A stretch of DNA of 64,000 nt, taken from assembly GCF_964355755.1 (NCBI RefSeq), contig NC_092674.1:14570001-14634000 (forward strand), given 5' to 3'. The first letter of the stretch is position 1. Each line of letters starts with the position of its first letter. Below the pieces are notes generated by a model that did not search any database, was not told where the DNA came from, and worked only from the letters and a program-made list of their open reading frames with translations. This document shows, piece after piece, positions 11,901-23,900 of this stretch. The position numbers were made by a program, and so were the translations under genes. The stretch comes from Antedon mediterranea (Eukaryota; Animalia; Echinodermata).

Positions 11901-14900
11901 GTGCTGTAGTCTGTTTGTAAGTGACCTCAATCTGTACTGTAGACATGCAAATGAATACCCTCTAGAGATAACGTGACTTCACAGTGGTACAAGTGACAAA
12001 ATTCTTCTACAATCTGTTGATTCGCCTCAACAAATCAAAGTGCGAGAATCCAAAATCATTCAACCATGATAAACTCTCTTTTCCCAGCCGTTTTTTTCGG
12101 TCCAGCAACTGGGACCTATAGTTTACAAATTCGCTGTCAGCCTTAGATACTAAAGCTACCGCTATGAAACTGCTTATTAATGAATATGTCCTCCTGGGAC
12201 ATAGCTGGCTAGAGCCGCGGCGCAAAAAACTCATGTTTTTTTCATTTTTAAATAATATGTAAACTTATATAGCATAACACGAAAATAGTTTTATTTCGAT
12301 CTTGATTGTTTTGGCTTTAAACAAAATTGGCTAGCTAGTTCTAGCAGGCAGCCTTGTTGTGTATGCATCAGAAGCTAGGCCTATGCTTATTTAATAAACT
12401 TTTGCTGAAACAAACATGTCCCAACTAAAAATAAATCAGTTAGCAAGAAAGTTGTCAATGTATATTTACTCAAAGTACAATATTTACAAGAAATACCACT
12501 AGAAAAATAAATTAAGCCAAAGTTGTTTAAGTATACAGTTAGTATACAGTTGAAGTGAAAAGTGCAAATGGAAATACTGTATCTGACATTATAATTTAAC
12601 CCCTTTAAAGTGGTGAACATTTTCCTAGAAAAGTGTTTTTTAATGATTCAAGAAACAGTATTCTATACCTATACCAGTTATGATTGTCCCATAAAAAATG
12701 CATGATTTAATTTAATCATAATACAACTAATATTTATTAATTGTATATTATGATTAAATTCAAACATGCATTTGTGGAATTTATAGTAAATCAGAGGTCC
12801 AAAGGGGATGCCACCTCTCACCACTGAACAAAATGGGAAAAAATTTCTATAGATTTTTTTTCTGTGGACAGTCTATAAAACAAATACATTTGTTCACTCT
12901 CTTCTTGTTATATGTGTCATATGTAAGCGAAATATCAGACATAAGTTGGAATTTTCAAAATTGAGATTTTCACAACTACTGAAACAGACATAATCCAATA
13001 TTTAAAATACTGAACTACACCTCCAGAGATCACAGTATAAAGTTTTGGCTGTTGCAATCAGTGTTTTGAGAAAAAGTTAGTTAAATTAAGTAACAGGAAA
13101 TGACAAATACAAACAAATACAAAGGGCATTTAAAATGGACCTGAAATGGATTTTCGATTTTTTTCATTTTAGAATGATGTTTTGGGGGCTATTAGGTGTT
13201 GCTAGAATGGATATTGTTACAAAATATAAATTGGCCCTTTTGGGGAAAGCCCCATTTGAAAATCAAAAAAATTCGCGGGTGACGTCACTTTGCGAATATA
13301 TTCCTATCCCTCCAATGGACAATTTGCAGTTTTTTGGCTATAAATCTTGAAATCTATGGAGTATTTTCTAAAAAATGCTTGTGCATTTGCAGAAACGTAT
13401 TTAGAATTTTTTTAGGTAAAATTATTACCATATAAACGGTTATTCATGGAGTAAATGACGATTTAAAATCTTAAAATCAACGGTTTTTTTCTGGCAATAC
13501 CGAAGTTGGCCTGGCAACGTTGTCCGGGATACAGCTCCGTGCGCAATGATGCGTATCCATATTTTCCGTTCGTGTATTTTGTATATCGTTCGTAATTTAT
13601 ACTGCTAAAATGTGTTAGTTTCTTTAGTGTTTAGTTTAGCAGAATTAAATTAGTAATATGAGATGATTATTTATTTGTCACGAATCAGGCAGTTCGAAAA
13701 CGAATTTTATTCATATTTTACTTTGGCTTGACAATGAGCTCAGCAAGTTGTTGATATCGCTCATAAAACGGAGCCTCGCCGCATGATGTGGGTGGTGGAT
13801 CGACTCCGCGCGCTGGATTGGGGGCCTAGACCTAGTAAAGGTTTGGGAGGTAGGCCTTCTAAATTTGGGTTTTAGAACAAACGAAGTACATTTTAGGGAC
13901 CTATATTTCAACAACATTAGATATTGAATAAATGAGTATTAGTGTCAACGCTTCACATATCTTTCCAGGCCGTCGATCATCGATCTATCGGGCGGCATAT
14001 ACACGCTCTCGATATCATCGTGTGTATATGTGACGTCGTGAATATAGAGGCTTCCGACGGCCGTTGAAATAGAATATTGCAATGGCGTGAGTAATTTTCG
14101 CTAATTTACCATGGTATCTTAAAATTTCGTTTTTACTCAAAATACTATACATTTTGTTTTTATTTGTATGGGTTTGTGTTAATTTGATACATTTAAATAA
14201 CATGTGTGAATTTCTTGAAAATCGAAAGTCCATTTCAGGTCCATTTTAAGGGTCCGTTTCTGCTGCATAACGCAATTTAACCGGTTATTTTAAAATAGAT
14301 TAAAAATAGATAACAATAACAAGACCGCGTTTCTGCTCAATTTGTGCTCTGAAATAACCGGTTAAATCTATGGGTGGTGGTCGAGCAAAACGTCATCATT
14401 ACCCAAAATGCAATACACTCCGGAAGTAGTAAGTTGGCTGTTTGTTTACATCTACGTCAGTACACACGTGTACGAACATCTCAAACATGTTAAAATAATA
14501 AATGTTGTCTCCAGTTCTACAAGTTTTGTTTTTTGTAAAGCCTACTTACCATCGCTAATCAAATTATTTCTCATCGCGCCTTCAATAACATGGGGATCAG
14601 GGTCATGCAGCGCCCGATCGCCTAATTCCTCAAAGGCGATGTAATACACGGCCCTTCCCACGTGAACGACTGTTGTCTTTCCCAAGCGCGGTCCTACTAA
14701 ACACCAAACGGAAACAAAAACAAGACTTAGAATGTTGCAATACCTACAAAACGAGAGTAGATAATTGTTAATTAATTATGAAAACCCAACTTTTATAGCA
14801 AAAATCGTCCGAATTTATGTTAAAAACGATGAGTTTTAGCCACAAAAACTTAAAATCAAACGAGAGTATCCAAGTCATAGAGTATTGCACGCACATAGTG

Positions 14901-17900
14901 TCTTTAATAGAACAATGAGTATTGAACATTTATTTCGTAAAACATAGATAATAATAATATAATAATAATTTCTATGCTTAATAAAATAATATTGAATATA
15001 TTATAAAAGGCTCTGATAACCTTCGTTTACGGTCAGTCTAAAAAATTATATTATGTAAAACGATCAAAGTAAGATTGTTCATTGTTCTCCTATTAAAGGC
15101 ACTACGGGCGTGCCATAAATATGCTCGTTTGGCTTCAGCTTTTGTTCATAATTAATTAACCATTATCTATTGTTTGGTAGATATTTGCAACATTCTGAGT
15201 CCCTTTTGTTTCCGTTTTGATGTTTATAGGACCATACCCTTCGCCAGCATGTATTAACGCCTCAAATTGTTTAGCTTTGGTAGTCAGGAACTGCGGAACT
15301 CCACCCCGAATTCCTCTTTTACTTTCGCAAAAATGCTCTTATATATCTATGAATCTTTTCTATTGCCTGCCATCCTTCCCCGTACTTTCTCTTCCTCCCA
15401 CAACTGAATAACATATCTTGTGATTTCATTCATCCACATACATGTTCACTTCTTCGTTTGACTGTGAAAACCACGAGGAAAACACACATGGTACGTGACG
15501 GTATGTAACCCGGGGTCACAGCTGTCAATCAAATAACCGTTATTTCGTGTTGCAGCTAAGAATTGCTCAGCGATAACCGGTTAAACAGCGTTCTAACACC
15601 GATTTAAATTGGTGTTTTTAACCGGTGATTTTGCGCTGCCTTTTAACCGGTTACCACAAATTTGTCCTGTTTCTGCTGCCAAGAAAATGGAGTTAATTTA
15701 TTGACACCGATTTTAATTTATTGACACCGATTTTAACCAGTTATTTTTATGCAGCAGAAACAGGCCTTATGTGTACGCCTAATAGCAAAAGTGTATTTCA
15801 ATTGTTGTATTTCAATTAAACTTTGCACCTTCATTCATTAACTATTGTTAACTATTATTATGCAAAATGTTCATTAAAATAACTCACTGAAATTTTAATT
15901 TAAGCATAAATTTGATGAAAATCATTGACCATTTTTAACCATCAGACTGTATGAAAAATGTACGCATGTATTTGTCTCAAAATAGAAAAACACCCAGGCA
16001 ATGTACTGTAAATAAAAACCAATCAAAGGGCGAGAATCCAAAATCATTTAACGTCATAATCAAAATGGTACTTATACTAACAAATATCTTTTTATTAATA
16101 TTATAATAATAATAATAATAATATATCAAAAAAATGTATTAAATAATATTTATCGCATAATAGGCCTATGCAATCTATGATAATTTAATTAATTGATAAC
16201 AAATTTATTAAATACATAACATCATTTGAATAAAAAGAACAAATCACATATCTACACATAATCATAACATTGTATACTCTACCTCTAACAATTTATTCAA
16301 TCTTCTATTGACTAAAGCCGAAGTATAGTCGTTATCTCGGGATCGTTCTACTTGGCCACCACCAGGTAGGCTTACTTCATCAAAGCTTCTATGAATGGAT
16401 GTACTGGTTGGGAGCAGAAAAACTAGTAGACCATACCCAGTACCGTTTTGATTACAATCAATCGGGAAATTACCTCACGCCGTGATACTCTCTTTTCCAA
16501 GAAGTTTTTTGGGTTCAGCAGCTGGGACCTATAAATTATAGTTGAGTTTACAAATTCGCTGTCAGCCTTAGATACTAAAGCTACTGCTATGAAACAGCTT
16601 ATAAATGAATATGTCCTGGGACATAGCTAGCTAGAGCCGCGGCACGAAAAACTCATGTCATGTAAACTTAATTTTCTTCCAAAAAGTTAATAAATATAAA
16701 TATTTAAAAAATTAAACATATGTATTTGTCTCAAAATAAAAAATAAAAAAACACCAAGGTAATGTACTGTAAATAAATACTGTTCCAACTATCAGTATCA
16801 TTTTCTGTAAAAAAAAAAATGAAATTTTCCAGCCTTTTATTGTTTTTGGCTGTCAAAAAATCTATCCATGCGACTTATGTCTTCAATAGCATATGCAACT
16901 TCTGTCAAATAATTGTACAAATATAATTAATTGTGTTTATATTGTATTAGAATTGAATCCTCTACTGGTGTCATTCCTATTTTAAGTATGTGTGTTAAAA
17001 TTTAAACCCACCTTATATCATTTCATTGATAGAAAAAAATGGCAGATGTGAGACTAGTTAATGTACTTCTCTAGCAGCATTATCAAGGTAAAATGTCATA
17101 CATTAATCATATATTAAGACTTGTTTTTGAAAAAAAGTTGTCAATTTCAGTTTGCTGAGGAAAATTTATAGGTATAAAATAACAATTCATTTTACAATAA
17201 AAGCCTAGGCTATACATCATTGGAGGCACTACAATTCTAAAATGTATTTCAATAATCAATGAACAAAAAAAAAATATATTGAAGAATGATCATTTCATTT
17301 ACCATCACATACAGACATTCTAAAGCATAGATGGCGTTTGGCCACTTCTAATCTTGCATGCATGTCTGTGTTTCTTGTGTTTGCTTTGATCTAGCAATAA
17401 GCTTTCAGTTGTTGAACCCAAATCTACACATCCCTTGGGTGATTTTCATCTCATTACATCTCTTCCTCTTTGCCCCCTTTGCGTCTGTTAAATTGCTGGT
17501 AAATGGAATGCATGCATGTTGGTTTCGGTCTATATTTGAGTTTTTTGGTTTACAGATTTTTTTTTCTTTGGTTTTCAACAAAAGCCTTAAGCACAAATCT
17601 CTAAACCATTGTTCTTTAATCATAAAACTATTGATTAGCAGTAACCAATAGATGCGCTGATTATGTTTAATAGTATAAAACTGACTCCAAATAATAAAAG
17701 GCAAGCCTTGATTCAACGTTTCGATCTTTATTTGATCATCATCAGGAAGAAACAATAATTCGAAAGGCAGACAATTATAACTACTAGATGGTAAGCTCGC
17801 TTCGCTTGCGTACCATCTAGGTCGTGTCCACAGATGGTTCTCGAATACACCGTAAAAAATGTACGTACTGCAGGACTAATAGTACATTGTCGTTTACAGA

Positions 17901-20900
17901 AAATGAATAAATAGACACGATGATTTATGTAAAATTAGCACTCTGGGAATTAGGCCAGTCTTAAAAATGAGTCAAATTTTTTTATTTGAACTCATTTAAA
18001 CAAACCCAAATTGTGTTTTGTATATAATTATAACATTATAGTTGAGGAAAGGGGAAGAGGAAGGGAAGAACAATTTTTAAATATATTCTCTATCCACTCA
18101 GTAACGAAATATTGTTTGAAATGTTTTATATATAGGCCTATCAATAATATACCACTAAACACTTTTTTTCAAACTGTCTCTGTTATAGTCGATTGAAATA
18201 GTAAAGTACATGTAACGATACACCTCTATGACGTTTATATTTTTTATAATTATTAATTAATACAAACGTTGAGAAGCAACTGTCAGTAATCTACCCACAG
18301 TCACAGTAATAAATGTTCTTTGTATATTTGTTTATATCATTCCTAACAAGTAACAGCATTCACAGTAAGACAATTTCGATTAAAATGGCAACCAAAAATG
18401 GTTAATAGGTACAGTTGTATTTACAATATTGCAACACTATATAACATGACAAAAAAAAAAAAAAAAAATCTTTAAAAAATAGGGGGGGGGGCGTACGCCC
18501 CACACGCCCCCCCGCTAGATCCGCCACTGAGCATTAGATCTTAATGATACTATTACTAGGTATGCTATTAGCATTAGGTCTTAATGATACTATTACTAGG
18601 TATGCTATTAGCATTAGATCATAATGATACTATTACTAGGTATGCTATTAGCATTAGATCTTAATGATACTATTACTAGGTATGCTATTAGCATTAGATC
18701 TTAATGATACTATTACTAGGTATGCTATTAGCATTAGATCTTAATGATACTATTACTAGGTATGCTATTAGCATTAGATTTTAATGATACTATTACTAGG
18801 TATGCTATTAGCATTAGATCTTAATGATACTATTACTAGGTATGCTATTAGCATTAGATCTTAATGATACTATTACTAGGTATGCTATTAGCATTAGATT
18901 TTAATGATACTATTACTAGGTATGCTATTAGCATTAGATCTTAATGATACTATTACTAGGTATGCTATTAGCATTAGATTTTAATGATACTATTACTAGG
19001 TATGCTATTAGCATTAGATCTTAATGATACTATTACTAGGTATGCTATTAGCATTAGATTTCAATGATACTATTACTAGGTATGCTATTAGCATTAGATC
19101 TTAATTAAAGACAGATTCCCTATAATTTGTGACGTTTTGTAAAAATAATGCAAATATATTACTTTAAAAACATTAAAGGGGGGTTCCGGGTTTAAAATGA
19201 ATAGTAAAAAATGTAAAATATATTTGTTTGTCTCTTGAACGGTAAAAGTTTCAATTTATATAAGCGCCCAGTGAAGCAGAACGAAGGCTGTGAAATGAGG
19301 CCAGATTACAAGTGCAGCTACGGCAAAATCACACTGTGGTTACAGAATAGGAAATTCGTGAAATGGTCACTCTTCCGACGACTCGTTATCATTAACCATA
19401 TCAATTACTTTTGTAAAATTATACTTATCTGATGTAATTTTAGTCGGTCTTCCCATTTATAAAGTCAATTTTCTATGAAAATCCATCAAAACAGTGAAAA
19501 ATTTGATAAGTTTGCACTTTACGTTTGCCGATTTTCGCACTGACTTAGGGAAAGCCTTCAAAATCAATGAAGCGTAACGTATACATTCCTGCTGAGGATC
19601 GAGCGAGACGAAGATACACGTGCTCTCTCTGCATGCCTGGCATCGTCACGTGATAAGCAGATACAGTATACAATACCAAACTGGTCGGGTCGAGTATACC
19701 CCGTCTATAATCACAACATGAACGATGTACAGTATTTGATTGAAGGTCGACTCAACCTACCGGAATGGTATAGATAATATAGCTCGAATGAGAGAGTTGG
19801 AATATTTGTAAACATAAGTACAGTATTGCTAATTTTAACAAGTGTAGCCTAAGTAAAAGGCCTGGTACTGTAGTATCAATTCGCATAGGGTCTACTACAC
19901 TAGCTAGCTCAATTTTTAACTGGGCCGGATCGGCTAGGCTAGGTAGGCTAGGTCTCCTTCCTACTACCGGTCTACTTGCTTGATGCAGTATCCGCTTTTT
20001 TGGAGAGTAACCTAGGCCTACTTATTAGACGATCGGGACACCATACGTGCGGACGGCGATCGGAACTTGTTTTGCCTCAATATTTACAGCCGATTTTTGT
20101 AGAACGTTTTAGGTTTAGATTGTTTAGGAGTTTGGTTGATAGGATGGGTTTGGAATCCACTGAGTTTTGTTATTTATGGGCCAATCGTTTAGTAATAGGC
20201 TAGCTAGGCCCATGATGAATGATGGCCCCAATGTTTTAACGTAGCCATCGTGGCATGGAATCCCTAGTCAGAAATGGCTCTCACCCCGGCATGAATAAAA
20301 TGATTTAGGCTAGGCCTAGCCTAGTACGTGAAGCCGATATACGATCTGTACTATTATTATTAATTCGAGGTATAAAAATAGTATAATTTATGACTCCGTA
20401 ATCTGTACTAAATTTTGTATTTCATTAAATGTCAAATAAATATATGCGACTACTGTTATTATTACACTTTAGGCCTAGCTTAGCAAATCTACAAAAAATG
20501 TATTTCACAATGATCGGGTGGTCGTCGTTTGACAGAGGAGAGAGAACACAACGTACAAGCTTGACGTCGCGAGTTTGGAATCCACTGATGACGTGATTTT
20601 GTGAATATCTCATGAATATTAATGAGCTTCCCTAAGCTGCTGAAAAACAGATTTTCCATGAATTTACCCTAAAATGTATATGAAATTTAATTTTTTTAAT
20701 TTCTCGTTATTACTTCTTCATTCTGACATGTCTATATTGTTATAATATTTTTTATTTAATAAATAAACGATATTTAAAAGCAATTTTAAACCCAGAATCC
20801 CCCTTTAAACCAGGTCATTGTTGCCCTAAATGTACATTTTATGGTAAATTATCATAAAAAGAGAGAAACAATGCAAAACCTAAGTAGCTCGCAGTGAATG

Positions 20901-23900
20901 TCCTCGAGCTATAGGCCTAGCCTGACATTGTATAGTTGCTGCATTAATATCTTTCTGTTTTTGACAGACTCTGTTGATACAAATTGGGGGAAATCCAGTA
21001 TTTTCGCTGAAAAGTTTGGAGTCTTCTATTTGTTTTGGCCTAACAATCAAATGAAAAGTGGGTGAATTACAGAAGAAAAACAAAAATATCAATCCGCACG
21101 CAATGCATGTTGGGATTTATATAGCGGGCTGCTAAAAGTATTAGAATCGCCTTTTTTTTTCACATTTTTAACGATTTAAATTAAAGACGAAAAAAGGATC
21201 AATAGGACCATATAGTATATATTTTTACATTAACGTAGTTTGTGACCTTCAATTAGATCTAAAACATAGGGAATGGGTCTTTAAATAATCAGTAAAACTT
21301 TGATAAGATAGGGCTGGTAAGTAATCCCTTTGGTGAGCCTGTTCAGACTTTAGAATTTACCCATGTAATGGTCAGCTGTGGTGTAAATTGTGAGATAAAC
21401 CAACTGTTTCAAAAACCGTGGATTTTTCAATTAACTGTAAACAGCAAGCTGAGTAACAACAATATAAGGAGCAATTTGACCTTACTAAGGATATGTTCAG
21501 ACTCACAGCGTTAAGGTAGCGTTATCTACGCAAGACGTACGGTAATCCTGGGAATTAAAAGCCAAAAGTCAGACACTGATTACCATTCCAATGCCTTGCG
21601 TTTCAAACACTCTGATGTGTTCACATGTACAGTGTTCATTATATGGATGGTGTAAACTGTGAACACAGAAAAGTTCCAATATTTTTTTAATTAACTTTTA
21701 ATGGTAATAGACCATTTGGGACATCATTTTTAAATTGTTCTAAATTCAGATTCCAACCAAATTTATTCTAAAAGGCCATCAAATACATTGCTACTAACTG
21801 AATTTCAGATCTTCATATTCATAAGAAATCCAGTCCATCAGTTTTAAGGAGAGTGAGAGCGATTGCTCTCCTCCGCTCTCCTAAACTTGCTTCAAGGAGA
21901 GCAACTAATTGCTCTCCTCCCGGACCCAGCCTAGGCTTAGGCTAGTCCACATTTTGCACCATGTACTGTAGTAGAAGAGCAAATTGCTCTCCTCAGTATT
22001 CCAGGAGAGCAATGAATTGCTCTCCAAGAAATTATCAAAATAGCGAACACAACACTCACTTGAAAAGTACAATGTAATATACAATAAAGGTGATTGCTTT
22101 GTCTTTAGTTTCAACAATCAAGGTCAGTTCATATCAGCTTATTACAGCATGGGTGGACAAGGAAATCATAGCCTTTAATAATTGGCTCCAACAGGACATG
22201 GTGGAATAAACAATACAGTGAACTCTTTCAATACATACTCATTGGGCAATCTCCTCAAACTAATGCTCATAAAATCTATAATAATATTGTCCAAATTGTT
22301 ATTTTATTTTCTAGTACTGTAAGTAATCACCAGACTTCTCAGGAGATCATTAAATGTTGTCTTGTCCATCTCATTGGACTTAACTGGTCAAATTAACCAG
22401 CCAAATTTAAGTCCAATTCAAAATGCTGGCTTCTCTCAACCGAGAATTGCAGGGGTCCCAAGTCTACCGCTACTCGCGGTAGTCTACCGCTTTTAGTACC
22501 CATCTACCGCGCTACCGCTATCTCGACGTTTTCTACCGTATTTTGATTTTTTTTACCGCATTTTCAAGTTTTCCCATATTTTTGGCCAAATTGATTTACG
22601 GTTACACCCAGACTCAGCCCAGGTCAACAATAGTCAATAACCAGACAAAAGTGAGGCAGGATGTTGAAACAATGTCTATTCATGCAGTCTCTGTGGTCTA
22701 TTATTGTATTTTTATTTGTATGCACTGCCTTTGTTAAACCGTAACAATAATAAACATGCACGGTACTACACGCCGGACGTAGAAAAAAAAAAGAAGCGTG
22801 CAACCAACCGTGAATCAATCACGTGGTAACCGGAATACGCGATTATCAATTTTGGGAGGATCCAAGTTTTAACTAAATAAACGCTTTGATTACACAGTGG
22901 TTGAGACACGTTTTTAATAGTTATTACATTTTTAAACACCCTCATAATTAATGAACTCTACCAATGTTGATCCGCTGCAAAGAACAACACATCGCACGAG
23001 GTTGTTGAGGCGGTGTTTTATTTGGTTTTACTGTACGATCCGATAATACGAACATGTTAAATGATTTAAAAGGCATGGATTTGCCAAGCAAGTAGGCCTA
23101 CGTTTAATAAAAATTTACCTGAGATTTTCGTAAGCTCTTTTGTTCAAACTTGTTATTTATATAGCAATAATCCACCCGTTCCGGCATGCACGCTAGGCCT
23201 CTAGCCTAGGCCTACTCCTCGATCAATCAATGTCGCTGGTGGGGAATTTCCCAGCGATAAGAAATCGGCGAAATAGCTCATAAACGGCCTACATTTTAAT
23301 GTTATATCTTTAATGCCAGTGTAATTACGTATGGATGTTTTTCATCTGAAATAATATGTTAACTCGCGTAATGTAGCATAAGACGGATTCGGAATAGTTA
23401 TTTCGATTGTTTTGAGGTTTTAAAATGGTAGCTAGCTAGGGCCTAGAAGTAGAAGCCCTAGGCCTGTGCCTAAAAAAAATGAGTAAATTCTATTGGGCAA
23501 TACTATCATGTGTTTATTGTACATTATGTAATTAAGTTAAATTATTTTATATACTGAATTTTAGTTAAAATACAGTATATATTTTTTACATTTTTTGTAC
23601 TGAGGATGTGTCCATAAAAAAAATATTAGAATGTAAAAATACTGATGTATAAACCTATGTAAAAATTAAGCCAACTTATGTGTAAATATTGTATATACTG
23701 TATATGTAACATATTTAGTTAAGAGACGTAAACGACACGTGTGTTGATTTTCGATTCCCCGCGCGTTGACTTTCGACGCCCCGATGAATTGAATGTGGTT
23801 CACGACAAAATCTCCTGCGAATGGACTTTCCCAAGTTGGGACCTCTGGAATTGGGTTAGGCCCGGTAGAATTGACCATTGTCTAGGTAAAACTAAAAATG

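Noticed and set aside
16283-16403. Possible extra glycogenin exon ([40 protein letters not shown]|gt)
   Set aside because: The frame is open with a plausible donor, but nearby acceptors are not phase 0, so it cannot join exon 6 directly. It needs RNA evidence.
17405-17755. 116-aa minus-strand ORF
   Set aside because: Non-ATG start, no recognisable domain, and it overlaps the hammerhead motif; probably a chance ORF.
19590-19620. CTGAGGA...CGAAG as a hammerhead; also CTGACGA...GAAA at ~52833 and CTGATGA...GAAA at ~40428
   Set aside because: Each lacks GAAA, stem II or stem I pairing.
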